This document shows, piece after piece, positions 1-10,521 of a stretch of 32,520 nt of DNA. The notes under the pieces are model-generated. The model had not been told where the DNA came from and did no database searches. It saw only the letters and a program-made list of their open reading frames with translations. The DNA is from Chlorobiota bacterium (GTDB taxonomy: Bacteria > Bacteroidota > Bacteroidia > Bacteroidales > B39-G9), in contig DAOVJU010000001.1 of the NCBI GenBank assembly GCA_030632095.1, forward strand, positions 1 to 32,520, given 5' to 3'. Numbering within the stretch: position 1 is the stretch's first letter; each line of letters starts with the position of its first letter. Position numbers and translations under genes: made by a program.

Positions 1-25
1 AATTGAAATAAATAAAGAAATTGAA

Positions 26-655
26 TTGAGTGAATTCCTAAATAATAAACGTAAACTGTATTATTCGGATGAAATAATATATTTAACTGTCGATAATCAG
101 GATTATACTCATGTGATTGAATTAAATTATATAAACAAAGAATTAAAATTTCATTCTTTTAAAAATGAATTAGAATCTTCAAATTCCGTTACAACTAAAA
201 ATAATTCATTCATTTTCGAGAATTACCTGTTTCAAATAAAATCAAATCAAATGAAATTATTATTACAGGCATTCAATATAGAAAATGATCAATTTTTAAG
301 AAGTTATGGATTTTCAATTGGAGATAGTATTGATTTTAAGAATTCAATAATTTATTATAAAAAGAAAAATGAAATATTATTTAAGGGAAATGAAATATCT
401 AAAACTAAAAAGTTTCTAAAGTTTATTATTAAATCTGATATACAAGTAATTTCAAATTGGTATGATAAGGATAAAATGATTTTAACAATTGGAGGAATTT
501 ATCTAAGAGATAAACCTTCAAGTCATACTTATGATTATTACACTAATATTCATACTTATACATTCAATGAAACAATTTCTGAAAAAGCTTATTTTTATGT
601 AATATTAGATAAAAATTTTAATAATGTAAGAGAGATTTTTATTAGAGATAAATAA
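26..655 (+). CDS. hypothetical protein. The frame is open back to the window edge, so the N-terminus may lie upstream of position 1.
   Basis: 209-aa ORF called from a TTG. There is no in-frame stop between position 2 and 26. Asn/Lys/Ile-rich, with no motif I recognise. Confidence 0.4.
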   Translation: MSEFLNNKRKLYYSDEIIYLTVDNQDYTHVIELNYINKELKFHSFKNELESSNSVTTKNNSFIFENYLFQIKSNQMKLLLQAFNIENDQFLRSYGFSIGDSIDFKNSIIYYKKKNEILFKGNEISKTKKFLKFIIKSDIQVISNWYDKDKMILTIGGIYLRDKPSSHTYDYYTNIHTYTFNETISEKAYFYVILDKNFNNVREIFIRDK

Positions 656-861
656 ATACGGCCAATTGCCAACAAAGGCTATACTCAATAAGGGTTTCAG
701 AGCAAAATTGAATGGAAATGCAAGAAATAAAAATTAATAATAAATTGAAACGAAAAAGCTATGAAGTTCCTTACTGGAGCATAGTCTAGACGTTACCGCC
801 GGGCCAATAAGTACGACCTGAATGAGAGTTAAAAAATTTGTATATTAGTAAAAAAAATGAA

Positions 862-945
862 ATGATTGAAAAGGAAATAATAGCAAAAATAGTTAAAAAG
901 ATTGCTTCAGGATACAATCCTGATAAAATTATTTTGTTTAATTAA
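862..945 (+). pseudogene. 27-codon fragment resembling the N-terminus of a MNT-type nucleotidyltransferase
   Basis: ATG at 862 gives MIEKEIIAKIVKKIASGYNPDKIILFN then a stop. The ...P.KIILFGS.ARG start of minimal nucleotidyltransferases is cut off right after KIILF. Confidence 0.3.
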
Positions 946-958
946 CTAGTGAAAGAGT

Positions 959-1528
959 ATGGCATCAACAGCAGATTTTAAAAACGGAATGTGTATTGTA
1001 TACAATAACAACTTATATACAATTGTTTCTTTTCAACATGTTAAACCAGGTAAAGGCCCTGCTTTTGTCAGGACAAAACTAAAAAATGTTAAAACAGGAA
1101 AAGTTATCGATAATACTTTTACATCAGGTGTTAAAGTTGAAACAGCACGCATAGAAAGAAGGTCATATCAATATTTATATAAAGATGATATGGGATATAA
1201 TTTCATGCATAATGAAAGCTTTGAACAAATTCCTATAAGTGAAGATATAATTACAGCACATGACTTACTAAAAGAAGGACAAAATGTAGAAATTGTTTTT
1301 CATGCCGATACTGAAACACCGCTTGAATGTGAATTACTACCTTTTGTTGAATTGGAAGTTACTTATACTGAGCCTGGTGTAAGAGGTGATACATCATCTT
1401 CTTCTTCAGTTAAACCGGCTACTGTAGAAACGGGGGCACAAATAAATGTACCTCTCTTTATTGAAACCGGAAATATTATTAAGATAGATACACGTACACA
1501 CAGTTATTCAGAAAGGGTTAAGAATTAA
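959..1528 (+). CDS. efp: translation elongation factor P
   Basis: 189 aa. N-terminal FKNG..I....[23 protein letters not shown] loop motif and EF-P length and architecture. Confidence 0.97.
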   Translation: MASTADFKNGMCIVYNNNLYTIVSFQHVKPGKGPAFVRTKLKNVKTGKVIDNTFTSGVKVETARIERRSYQYLYKDDMGYNFMHNESFEQIPISEDIITAHDLLKEGQNVEIVFHADTETPLECELLPFVELEVTYTEPGVRGDTSSSSSVKPATVETGAQINVPLFIETGNIIKIDTRTHSYSERVKN

Positions 1529-1656
1529 TTTGTACCAGTGATTGTTTTTTTTTATGTAACTTTGAAATAAACCATTGGAAAACAAAAAAGAGTATAGTAA
1601 AATATGTAATTTTCAAATTTTTGATTAATTTAGAATATTGTCACTAACAAACTAAT

Positions 1657-2880
1657 ATGGCTAAAAAGGCTTCTTTAAAACGGTTACAGTTTTGCAATTT
1701 CAAGCTTGATTTTCTTCTTGACATTACTTTAGGTATTAATAATAACCTTTCTACTGAAGAGCTTTTAGATAAGTTTGAAAATATTTTAATAAAAGAACTT
1801 AATATTGGAAAAGTACTTGCTTACCGCTATAATCAGAAATGGGAGCTAATGTTGGTTTCGGGAATTGATAATAATATTGTAAATAAACTAAGCGTAGAAA
1901 ACGATTTATTATATTATACCCAGATTACCAATCTAACCACTACATTAAATCCTTATTTAAGTACATTTGATGTTATTATCCCGGTTTTTCACCAGGATAC
2001 TCCTTTAGCTTATATCATAATAGGCGACATTGATGAAGAGCGCGTAGGAATTAGCCCTACAATTAAACATTTACAATTTATACAAACTTTAACCAACGTA
2101 ATTATTGTTGCCATTGAAAATAAGCGTTTATTCAATGAAAATGTCAGGCAGGAAACAATGAAGAAGGAACTTGAAATGGCATCAAAAATGCAATCTATGC
2201 TGATTCCGAGTCCTGATTCATTTCCTGATAATGATGTTATTTATTTGTCAGCATATTATCATCCGCACCTTGTGGTTGGTGGTGATTATTACGATTTTAT
2301 TAAACTGGATGAAAATAACTATGGATTTTGTATTGCTGATGTCTCCGGTAAAGGAATGTCTGCTGCCATATTAATGTCAAACTTTCAGGCCAATTTGAGA
2401 GCATTATGGATAACAGAAACACCGCTTATTGATCTTGCAAGGAAGCTCAACGATACAGTTATGAGCAATGCAAATGGCGAAAAATTTATTACTGTTTTCT
2501 TTGGAAGATACAATTGCAAAGAACGTGTACTCTATTATATTAACGCGGGGCATAATCCACCTGTGTTCAAGAAGATTGATGAAATTGCCTATCTTAAAGA
2601 TGGTTGTATTGGAATTGGAATGCTAGATGAATTACCAACCATTGTTGAAGGAAAAATAGAAGTTGATAAAGATGCTAAAATTCTTTGTTTCACCGATGGT
2701 ATTGTTGAAATGGAAAGTGAAAATCAAATTGAGTTTGGTACAAAAGAAATAGAAAACGAACTTTTAGGTACCAACAGGATGGATAAAGTAATTGATAACG
2801 TTATCGTGAGATTAAATGAATTTAAAGGAAAAAACAGTTATTTTGATGATATTGCCCTTATAGGAATTGATTTTCACTAA
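1657..2880 (+). CDS. SpoIIE/PP2C-family serine phosphatase with an N-terminal GAF-like sensor region
   Basis: 407 aa. The C-terminal half carries GGDYYDF, ADVSGKGMSAAILMS, NAGHNPP and FTDGIVE, motifs typical of RsbU/SpoIIE PPM phosphatases. Confidence 0.85.
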   Translation: MAKKASLKRLQFCNFKLDFLLDITLGINNNLSTEELLDKFENILIKELNIGKVLAYRYNQKWELMLVSGIDNNIVNKLSVENDLLYYTQITNLTTTLNPYLSTFDVIIPVFHQDTPLAYIIIGDIDEERVGISPTIKHLQFIQTLTNVIIVAIENKRLFNENVRQETMKKELEMASKMQSMLIPSPDSFPDNDVIYLSAYYHPHLVVGGDYYDFIKLDENNYGFCIADVSGKGMSAAILMSNFQANLRALWITETPLIDLARKLNDTVMSNANGEKFITVFFGRYNCKERVLYYINAGHNPPVFKKIDEIAYLKDGCIGIGMLDELPTIVEGKIEVDKDAKILCFTDGIVEMESENQIEFGTKEIENELLGTNRMDKVIDNVIVRLNEFKGKNSYFDDIALIGIDFH

Positions 2881-4352
2881 TTTCTAATTTCAAACTTTGA
2901 ACAGTTACCACTTACTTCACTTTCTCCTTCTTTATTTCTATGATAAACATCCAGAGCAACAATTATTGCTGTAAATCCCCAGAATGGAACTGAAGCTTTA
3001 TCAGTGTCAAGAAAATTATTTAGAAATCCGTGTGTATAATAGGTAACTAACCCTAAAAGAGAAACAAGGGCAAAAAACCTGACTTCTTTATTATTAGTTT
3101 TACTATAAACTTTTATTGCCGTGTAAATTGTAAATGCAATTATTATTATGAATGATAGCATGCCAAGAATTCCGGATTCTGATAGCGGGCCTAAATACTC
3201 ACTATGTGCATTACCCCTTGTTCCTAAATTAGTACTAATAATGGTTTTTTCTTTTGAATGTTGAAAAGGAGCATACTGAAACATATAAGTCCCTGGCCCC
3301 CAGCCAAATATTGGCTTTTCTTTAAACATCCGTATGGCAGAGTTCCACCGGTTTATTCTCTCAAGATTTGAAGCGTCGGATGATATATTAGATATAGAAC
3401 TAACATGCCCACCAATTTTAGAAGCCGATTCCTGTCGGTTTTTCTCAAGCTTCATGAATATTTGTTTCTGGTATGTGAAAAATAAAATTATTATAAGTAC
3501 TGTAATTCCAGCAATTGTTTTGAATTTTATTTTTAATTTCATCACCGCCCATAATCCAAATGCAGGAATTAAACTCACCCATGTTGCCCGTGTATAAGAA
3601 AGAATGATTGCAAATGCGAAAACAGACGCAATAATAAATCCAATTCTTCTTTTATTTCTAGGAAAAACTGAAGTAAATGAAAATAAAATTAAAAAGGGTA
3701 AATACATTGCTAATACTGAACCATATGAAGTATGATCATTATAAAATGGATTTACAACCCAGTGTGCTGCTTTTTGATTAAAAAGGCCAAATTCTGATAA
3801 TCGTATCCATGCGTAAAAAATTACGATAAGAAAAGAACTAATATAAAGCCAATAATATTTTTTTATTTGTTTGAAATTGATAAATATCTGACTGGCAATA
3901 AAATAAAAAGTAACAATAAACCACAACCTGGCAACAAAAAATTTAATTGACACATCAAACATTGTACTGGTAATGGAAGTTATTAATAACCAAAGGAGAT
4001 TAAAATAAATTGCAATTGAAACGGGATGGTATATTATTTTAGGATCAAATTTCTTTTCAAGTATCAACTTGGCAATGAATAATATAAGTATACCAAACAG
4101 AATAGGTTCAGTGGGTAAATACATATCAATAGCTAATCCGTCAACAATTTTGCTCAAAGGAATTGAGAGGGGAGTTAAAAACACCAGTAAAAGAATTAAT
4201 TTATCCAGGTAAAAAAATCCAATAAAAACAATTAACAGGACTGCTGGTATCACATTTAGGAGCAGGTTTTCTTTATATATAAAAAATGCATTTACTGCAA
4301 TAAACAGCAAGGAAAATATTATAACACAAAATGTATTTTTCTTCGATATCAA
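2877..4352 (-). CDS. O-antigen ligase (Wzy_C) family polytopic membrane protein
   Basis: 491 aa with about 10-12 hydrophobic helices, a SYTRATWVSL-type motif before a large hydrophilic loop, and a Wzz-like gene adjacent. Confidence 0.75.
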   Translation of the reverse strand: MISKKNTFCVIIFSLLFIAVNAFFIYKENLLLNVIPAVLLIVFIGFFYLDKLILLLVFLTPLSIPLSKIVDGLAIDMYLPTEPILFGILILFIAKLILEKKFDPKIIYHPVSIAIYFNLLWLLITSITSTMFDVSIKFFVARLWFIVTFYFIASQIFINFKQIKKYYWLYISSFLIVIFYAWIRLSEFGLFNQKAAHWVVNPFYNDHTSYGSVLAMYLPFLILFSFTSVFPRNKRRIGFIIASVFAFAIILSYTRATWVSLIPAFGLWAVMKLKIKFKTIAGITVLIIILFFTYQKQIFMKLEKNRQESASKIGGHVSSISNISSDASNLERINRWNSAIRMFKEKPIFGWGPGTYMFQYAPFQHSKEKTIISTNLGTRGNAHSEYLGPLSESGILGMLSFIIIIAFTIYTAIKVYSKTNNKEVRFFALVSLLGLVTYYTHGFLNNFLDTDKASVPFWGFTAIIVALDVYHRNKEGESEVSGNCSKFEIRN

Positions 4353-4395
4353 AGTTGACAGATTTTTTGAATATTGATTTTAAAAGCAGGTAAGG

Positions 4396-5412
4396 TTAAT
4401 TCTTAGTAAAATACCTCTCTCTCCCATAATCGAAAACAAGCAATAAAATTAGTGCAAAAATAAATGCAGAAATTGTTGAAACCGAACATATTAACCACCT
4501 GACAGGATAAGATTTCTTTTCTGCCTTTACCGCGTGGTTTACAATAAAAGTATGAGGCAGGTCCATGTTGGCATCAACTTCGGCTTCAGCATATTTTGCT
4601 TTGACTGAACTTAACTGTTTCTTTTCAAATTCAAGAAAATCCCTGATTGATACATATGCCCCGCCATACTTTGATAATACTTCAAGTTTTTCTTCAAGTT
4701 TTTTAGCCCCTGCTGTATTGCCTTCAATAATTGCATCCGCGTAAGCCTTGTTAAATACTTCAGCTTGCGATTCATAATCGTTTACTCCAATTCTTCTTAG
4801 TAATGCGAGTGAATCTTCTAAAGTTTGTATCTGGTCTTTCAGGTTAAAGTATTCTCGTTCTACAATAGCCAGCGCTTTTAATGCTCTTTCCTTTTGCATA
4901 CGGTTCATTGATGTATCAATTAAAGCTGCAATATCATTTGCCATGTCAGCGGCAATTTGTGGATTAGCATCTAATACCACAATCTTAATTGACAAAAATT
5001 CGGTTTGTGTAAATGAAATATTCCGGTTAAACTCCCTGTTTAGCTCAGTTAAAGGATACGCTGAAGATGTATCAATTTCATAATGCTCCATTAAATTATA
5101 TTTCTCAATAACCCGGTTTCGTATTTCATCTGATTGAAGTATCTGTAAAAGCTGTTCAACTTCTTCTTCCTCACCGAATTTAAGAATATCTTTAGAACTT
5201 AAATTGTCTCTCAGCAAATTCTGGGATACCGAACTTGATGAAGCAGGAAATAAAATAACGGTTGATTTGTATCGTTCCTCAATAACTAATGATACCACAA
5301 CTGATACAATTGCTGCTATAAGGATTACAATTGCAAGGGGTTTTAATCGTTTAATAACGTAAGCAATCAGATCAAATGATTCAAATTTTAAGGAGGTTGA
5401 TTTGTTTTCCAT
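4396..5412 (-). CDS. Wzz-like polysaccharide chain-length determinant protein
   Basis: 338 aa with one N-terminal and one C-terminal TM helix flanking a coiled-coil-rich domain. Co-oriented with the ligase-family gene. Confidence 0.7.
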   Translation of the reverse strand: MENKSTSLKFESFDLIAYVIKRLKPLAIVILIAAIVSVVVSLVIEERYKSTVILFPASSSSVSQNLLRDNLSSKDILKFGEEEEVEQLLQILQSDEIRNRVIEKYNLMEHYEIDTSSAYPLTELNREFNRNISFTQTEFLSIKIVVLDANPQIAADMANDIAALIDTSMNRMQKERALKALAIVEREYFNLKDQIQTLEDSLALLRRIGVNDYESQAEVFNKAYADAIIEGNTAGAKKLEEKLEVLSKYGGAYVSIRDFLEFEKKQLSSVKAKYAEAEVDANMDLPHTFIVNHAVKAEKKSYPVRWLICSVSTISAFIFALILLLVFDYGRERYFTKN

Positions 5413-5453
5413 GTTTATGGTAATTTATGTTAATAGAATTTAATTCAGAAATA

Positions 5454-6749
5454 TTATTTTATTTTTATTAAATAGTAGTTCTTTTTCCCTTTTTGTACTA
5501 ATAAATACTTGTTGTTTATTAAATGAGAGTTATTTATAATTAATTCAGCATCAGATATTTTATTCTTATTAATACTTAATCCGCCACCCTTGATCAGCCT
5601 TCTCAATTCTCCTTTTGATGGAAATATGTTGGTCCTTTCTATTAGCAGGTCAATTACATTTAATTCACCATTAATATCTGAACTGTCAATTTCAAATTGA
5701 GGGACACCTTCAAAAACAGCCAGAAATGTTTTCTCATCAATCGTAGACAATGCTTCTGATGTTGATTTCCCAAAAAGGATTTGACTTGCATTTATAGCAG
5801 TGTCCAATTCTTTTTCCGAATGGACCATTATGGTTATTTCCCTGGCCAGTCGCTTTTGTAATTCACGTAAATGAGGCTCTTCGCGATGTTTCTCAATTAA
5901 TGCTTCAATTTCTTGCTGTGATAGAAGTGTAAATATTTTAATGTATTTTTCAGCATCTTCATCAGAAGAATTTAACCAATATTGATAAAACTTATAAGGT
6001 GAAGTTTTTTCAGGATCAAGCCAGACATTTCCTCCTTCACTTTTCCCAAATTTACTTCCATCTGCTTTTGTTATTAACGGGCAAGTCAGGGCAAATGCTT
6101 CTGCTTCCTTTCCCTCATCAGCAAAATATTTACGACGGATAAGTTCAGTACCGGTTACAATGTTTCCCCATTGGTCAGAGCCACCAAGCTGCAGTTTACA
6201 ATCTTTGTTTTTATACAACCAGTAAAAATCATATCCCTGAACAAGCTGGTACGTAAATTCTGTAAACGACATGCCGGCATCAAGTCTTTTCTTTACTGAA
6301 TCCTTAGCCATCATATAATTTACTGAAATGTGTTTTCCTACGTCACGAATGAAATCAAGGAAACTAAAATTTTTAAACCAGTCAAAGTTATTTACTATTT
6401 CAGCCTTGTTTTCTCCTTCTTCAAAGTTCAGGAATTTCATTAATTGGTTCTTCTGACATTCGAGGTTGTGATTTATGGCGTCAAGGGATAACAATTTTCT
6501 TTCTTCTGTTTTGCCGGAAGGATCACCAACTCTGCCAGTTGCACCACCAACCAGAATAAAAGGTTTATGGCCACTTCGTTGTAAATGTACCAATAACATA
6601 ATTGGTACAAGATTACCAATGTGTAATGAATCAGCAGTTGGATCAAAACCAATATAACCGGAAGTCATCTCTTTTTCGAGTTGTTCCTGTGTTCCTGGCA
6701 TAATATCGTGAATCATGCAACGCCATTGTAGTTCTTTAATAAAATTCAT
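5454..6749 (-). CDS. tyrS: tyrosine--tRNA ligase
   Basis: HIGN (HIGH) and KFGKS (KMSKS) motifs, and a C-terminal S4-like domain. I place the start at the ATG at 6749 ([10 protein letters not shown]...) rather than the TTG at 6770, because a TATCTTTG -7 box lies inside the 6770 extension. Confidence 0.96.
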   Translation of the reverse strand: MNFIKELQWRCMIHDIMPGTQEQLEKEMTSGYIGFDPTADSLHIGNLVPIMLLVHLQRSGHKPFILVGGATGRVGDPSGKTEERKLLSLDAINHNLECQKNQLMKFLNFEEGENKAEIVNNFDWFKNFSFLDFIRDVGKHISVNYMMAKDSVKKRLDAGMSFTEFTYQLVQGYDFYWLYKNKDCKLQLGGSDQWGNIVTGTELIRRKYFADEGKEAEAFALTCPLITKADGSKFGKSEGGNVWLDPEKTSPYKFYQYWLNSSDEDAEKYIKIFTLLSQQEIEALIEKHREEPHLRELQKRLAREITIMVHSEKELDTAINASQILFGKSTSEALSTIDEKTFLAVFEGVPQFEIDSSDINGELNVIDLLIERTNIFPSKGELRRLIKGGGLSINKNKISDAELIINNSHLINNKYLLVQKGKKNYYLIKIK

Positions 6750-6767
6750 GTTTACTGAAAATTTGCG

Positions 6768-6775
6768 CAAAGATA
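6768..6775 (-). promoter_or_regulatory. Bacteroidota-type -7 promoter box (TAnnTTTG) for tyrS
   Basis: Plus strand reads CAAAGATA, which is TATCTTTG on the minus strand, 19 nt upstream of the ATG at 6749. Confidence 0.5.
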
Positions 6776-6819
6776 ATCAATAAGAAGGAAGTATCAATAT
6801 GATATTAAATGACCTTGTA

Positions 6820-7374
6820 TCAAAATTTAGATACACCTCCTGAAATAATAAACTTCATCACTTCTGTAGAATTGGTATCTATGGGAGTAACATTTTCTGC
6901 AGGGACAATGTATAGGTCACCCAGTATTCCATATGAAGAAGGGAGATAAATTGCTATTTTTTTATCTGTTATTCCCAAATCAGTTAAATCATTTTGTGTA
7001 ATGAATCCAAGCCTTTCAACATCAGCAGACTTATTGATTTTAACCAATGCTGGCCGATCGAATTTTTTTTCAGTTCCTACAAATGCAGAAAGCAAATCCT
7101 TAATCGATTTGAAAATCAAATTTACAAGCGGGGTTTTATCAAGCAAATTTGTAAAAAATGCGAAAATTGGTTCGGTTATAAAGAATTTACCCAAAATTCC
7201 AATGAAAGTAACCCCACCTAAAATAACAAGGAACCCTAATCCCGGAATGTCAAAAACAATTAAATTATCAATAAAAATAAAGGTCAGGGAAAAAATGTAA
7301 ATTGTTACACTTAAAGGTACAACTAACAAAACTCCCTGGAACAAATATCCGACTAATTTTTTTATTAAGTTCAT
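6820..7374 (-). CDS. DUF502-family membrane protein
   Basis: 184 aa with two N-terminal TM helices followed by LLDKTPLVNLIFKSIKDLLSAF, matching the conserved DUF502 core as I recall it. Confidence 0.75.
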   Translation of the reverse strand: MNLIKKLVGYLFQGVLLVVPLSVTIYIFSLTFIFIDNLIVFDIPGLGFLVILGGVTFIGILGKFFITEPIFAFFTNLLDKTPLVNLIFKSIKDLLSAFVGTEKKFDRPALVKINKSADVERLGFITQNDLTDLGITDKKIAIYLPSSYGILGDLYIVPAENVTPIDTNSTEVMKFIISGGVSKF

Positions 7375-7721
7375 ATGTTTAATTCTTTTCTTTGTTTTAC
7401 GGTCAACGAATTTATAACTAAATCATAAGAGTGATCAATCCATTTCACAATAAGGTTTTCATTAATAGATCCATCAATACTAACAGTATTCCAATGCTTT
7501 TTGTTCATGTGATAACCCGGATTTACTGCCGGGTATTGCTCACGTAAAGCAATTGCTTTTTCAGGATTGCATTTTAAATTTATTGTGAGATCCCCATCCA
7601 GGTTAGTTAATGCAAATATTTTATTAAGTACTTTAAATACCAGTGTTACATCATCGAAAGGAAGGCTTTCCGATGAACCTGTTTTTGACAAGCAATAATT
7701 TCTTATATCTTCAATGTTCAT
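7371..7721 (-). CDS. MmcQ/YjbR-family DNA-binding protein
   Basis: 116 aa with Y.LS......E.PFD......FKV..KIFA and NPGYHMNKKHWNTV motifs. Overlaps the downstream gene by 4 nt. Confidence 0.8.
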   Translation of the reverse strand: MNIEDIRNYCLSKTGSSESLPFDDVTLVFKVLNKIFALTNLDGDLTINLKCNPEKAIALREQYPAVNPGYHMNKKHWNTVSIDGSINENLIVKWIDHSYDLVINSLTVKQRKELNI

Positions 7722-7756
7722 AATTTAGTTTGATTAATACGAACAGTCTCCACCTT

Positions 7757-8827
7757 TTATTGCTTATCTTCTTTATCTTCAATGTCAGCAGGTTCAAGAG
7801 GATTACTTGTTAGAATGTTATATTCTTCCCTGTTTTGATAAATATCAAGTGCTAAATAAAGGGCATTTCTGAACGAATTATCAGATGCAAGGTTTTGTCC
7901 GGCTATTTCATATGCTGTTCCATGATCAGGTGAAGTTCTTATTACGGGTAATCCTATAGTATAATTTACACCGGAATCAAAAGTAAGTGCTTTAAATGGT
8001 ATCAATCCCTGATCGTGATACATAGCTAAAATGGCATCAAATTTCATAAAATTTTCAGAACCAAAGAAACCATCTGCAGCAAAAGGGCCAAGAGCTAAAA
8101 TATTTTCCTTTTTTGCATCATTAATTGCAGGTATTATAATTTCTGCTTCTTCATTTCCAATTAAATCATTGTCGCTTGAATGTGGATTTAATCCTAAAAC
8201 AGCTATCCTTGGTTTTCTGATAGCAAAATCTTCAATCAGTGACTTATTTAACATTTTTAATTTGTTCACTAAAAGCTCTTTAGTTAATACTGAAGATATT
8301 TCATTGACAGGAATATGACCAGTTGCAATACCAATTTTCATAATATCGCTAACCATGATCATTAGAACATCATCTGCTTCAAATTTATATTTTAAATATT
8401 CAGTATGTCCGGGGAAACTAAATTCATCCGATTGAATGTTCTTTTTATTTATAGGGGCAGTAACCAAAACATCAATCCTGTTTTCAATAAGATCGCCAAC
8501 TGCTGCTTCCAGTGCTTTAAAAGAAGCTTCACCTGCAATATTGGTTGATTTTCCAAGTTCAACCCGCACACTGTCATCAATACAATTAATAATATTAACT
8601 CTTTTATGATGCACTTCTTCGGGTTGTTTAATTGAAGTTAAGCTGAAATTACCAATATTTAGTGCTTTACGGTGATATGCGGCAACTTTTGGAGATCCAT
8701 AGATTATTGGTGTACATAAATCAAGAATTCTATTATCCTGTAATGTTTTAAGTATTACTTCATAACTTATACCATTAATATCTCCGTGTGATATTCCTAC
8801 TTTGATTTTATGTTTTTTTGCAGACAT
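7757..8827 (-). CDS. pdxA: 4-hydroxythreonine-4-phosphate dehydrogenase
   Basis: 356 aa with GLNPH, HDQGLIPFK and IRTSPDHGTAYEIAG motifs. Confidence 0.94.
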   Translation of the reverse strand: MSAKKHKIKVGISHGDINGISYEVILKTLQDNRILDLCTPIIYGSPKVAAYHRKALNIGNFSLTSIKQPEEVHHKRVNIINCIDDSVRVELGKSTNIAGEASFKALEAAVGDLIENRIDVLVTAPINKKNIQSDEFSFPGHTEYLKYKFEADDVLMIMVSDIMKIGIATGHIPVNEISSVLTKELLVNKLKMLNKSLIEDFAIRKPRIAVLGLNPHSSDNDLIGNEEAEIIIPAINDAKKENILALGPFAADGFFGSENFMKFDAILAMYHDQGLIPFKALTFDSGVNYTIGLPVIRTSPDHGTAYEIAGQNLASDNSFRNALYLALDIYQNREEYNILTSNPLEPADIEDKEDKQ

Positions 8828-8870
8828 TTTTATATGCTTTAATATTCTAAGGAAACAAATTAAAACCGAA

Positions 8871-10307
8871 TTAATAATTTGACTTTATGAAGTTAAATAA
8901 TAAGCGGACACCTACACCTGTACCACCCCTTTTTAAGTAATTATCTTCTTTGGTAATAAACGCAGGTCCTGCTATATCCAAATGGATCCATGGATAATCA
9001 GTGAAATGTTCAAGGAATTTTCCAGCAGTGATTGCTCCTGCAACTTTTCCTCCTATGTTTTTCAAATCGGCAATATCTGATTTTAAAAGTTCATCATACT
9101 CATCATAAAACGGAAACTGAACGATTCTCTCATAAGTATTTTCGCCACTTTTATTTAATTTCTTGAAAGTAGTTTCTTTAGCTGTTCCCATTGCAACAGT
9201 TGCATAATGCCCAATTGCGTAATGTGCTGCACCGGTTAAAGTTGCTAAATCAATAACCAATTCCGGTTTATAATGTTTAGCATAACTCAAAGCATCGGCT
9301 AATATCATTCTTCCTTCAGCATCAGTATTCAAGACTTCAACATGCAATCCATTATACATTTTAATAACGTCACCCGGGGCATAAGCATTTCCATCAGGGC
9401 GGTTATCGGTTGATGGAATTAATCCGATTGCATAAACAGGAAGTTTTGCTTTTGCAATAGCATAAAACAAACCTGCAACAGCAGCGGCACCGGCCATGTC
9501 TGATTTCATCCATTCCATACTATCCGGGGTTGGTTTTAAGCTTAATCCCCCGGTATCATAAACAACTCCTTTACCAACAAATATTATGGGCTTTTTATTC
9601 CTGGCTTTTTCCGGTTTCCATTCAAGTATTGAAAATCGTGGTGGATCAATACTTCCTTTATTTACGGCTAAAAGGCCACCCATTTTTAAGGAAACTATTT
9701 TTTTCTTGTCAAAGACCTCAACCTTAAAACCAGCATTTTTCCCTAAATTTATTATTTCTTTTGCCAGTTGAGGGGCATTCATATATGATACAGGTTCATT
9801 AACAAGATATCTTGCTATGTAAACGGCATCAACAAGTATGGTCAATTCATCAAGTGCCTGTTTTGATAATTTCTCACTGAAAACATTTATTTTCTTCAAT
9901 GAAATTTCTTTCTTCTTTTTGTCTTTAAAATATTTTGTAAACTGATAAATTCCTAAACATAAACCTTCAACAAGCGATTTAGAGTGTTCAGGAAGATTTA
10001 TGTGATCAACTACCTGTATTTCAGATAATTTTTCCTTAATAATGACTTTACCAAATGCATTTCCTGCAATCCTTGCTTTTTCAAGCTGAATATAGTTTTC
10101 TTTATTTTGACCGATCAGATGAATGAAAAACTGTTTGTCAGGATTTTGAATAATGATTTGGGTTTTGTCTTGCTGAATTTTGCTTTTTATATAGCTTAAA
10201 TCGTTTTTAGTTAAATTAAATGAAGAAAAGTCAGATTTCTTTTCTGCAATAATAATTGTAGATACTTTATCTGATTTTTTGCTAATTTTATTAATTGTAT
10301 AATTCAT
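8871..10307 (-). CDS. pepA: leucyl aminopeptidase, M17 family
   Basis: VGKGVVYDTGGLSLKP, MKSDMAGAAAV and NTDAEGRMILADAL motifs. I place the start at the ATG at 10307, because the TTG at 10337 overlaps a TAACTTTG box. Confidence 0.92.
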   Translation of the reverse strand: MNYTINKISKKSDKVSTIIIAEKKSDFSSFNLTKNDLSYIKSKIQQDKTQIIIQNPDKQFFIHLIGQNKENYIQLEKARIAGNAFGKVIIKEKLSEIQVVDHINLPEHSKSLVEGLCLGIYQFTKYFKDKKKKEISLKKINVFSEKLSKQALDELTILVDAVYIARYLVNEPVSYMNAPQLAKEIINLGKNAGFKVEVFDKKKIVSLKMGGLLAVNKGSIDPPRFSILEWKPEKARNKKPIIFVGKGVVYDTGGLSLKPTPDSMEWMKSDMAGAAAVAGLFYAIAKAKLPVYAIGLIPSTDNRPDGNAYAPGDVIKMYNGLHVEVLNTDAEGRMILADALSYAKHYKPELVIDLATLTGAAHYAIGHYATVAMGTAKETTFKKLNKSGENTYERIVQFPFYDEYDELLKSDIADLKNIGGKVAGAITAGKFLEHFTDYPWIHLDIAGPAFITKEDNYLKRGGTGVGVRLLFNFIKSNY

Positions 10308-10334
10308 ATTACCAGCTAGTTTTAGAACAAGTTG

Positions 10335-10342
10335 CAAAGTTA
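10335..10342 (-). promoter_or_regulatory. Bacteroidota-type -7 promoter box (TAnnTTTG) for pepA-pdxA
   Basis: Plus strand reads CAAAGTTA, which is TAACTTTG on the minus strand, 28 nt upstream of the ATG at 10307. Confidence 0.45.
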
Positions 10343-10460
10343 ATAATTTATAGGTTCAAGAGCCAAGATACAGGAATTAAGATTTTCTTTTAAATTTTAT
10401 AAATAATTACCCGAATAATTCCTAACATAAGGCATGGTAGCTGTGAATTATTCTGACGAC

Positions 10461-10497
10461 AAAAAAACCTCATCGGGGAGATGAGGTCTTTTTTTGA
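10461..10497 (-). terminator. rho-independent terminator after the PLP-enzyme gene (bidirectional in form)
   Basis: AAAAAAA-CCTCATC-GGGGA-GATGAGG-TCTTTTTTT: a 7-bp GC-containing stem flanked by an A-run and a T-run. Confidence 0.8.
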
Positions 10498-10521
10498 CAA
10501 GTTAATAAATATAATATGGTT

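Noticed and set aside
3334-3597. Short ORFs antisense to well-supported genes (3334..3597, 6475..6657, 6994..7300, 8031..8318, 9530..9771, 10622..10825, 11088..11288)
   Set aside because: Each lies wholly inside a longer, motif-supported gene on the opposite strand. These are shadow ORFs.
6750-6770. Longer N-termini for tyrS (TTG at 6770) and pepA (TTG at 10337)
   Set aside because: Both extensions start at TTG and overlap a TAnnTTTG promoter box. The internal ATGs give N-termini typical of the families ([10 protein letters not shown]..., MNYTINKI...).
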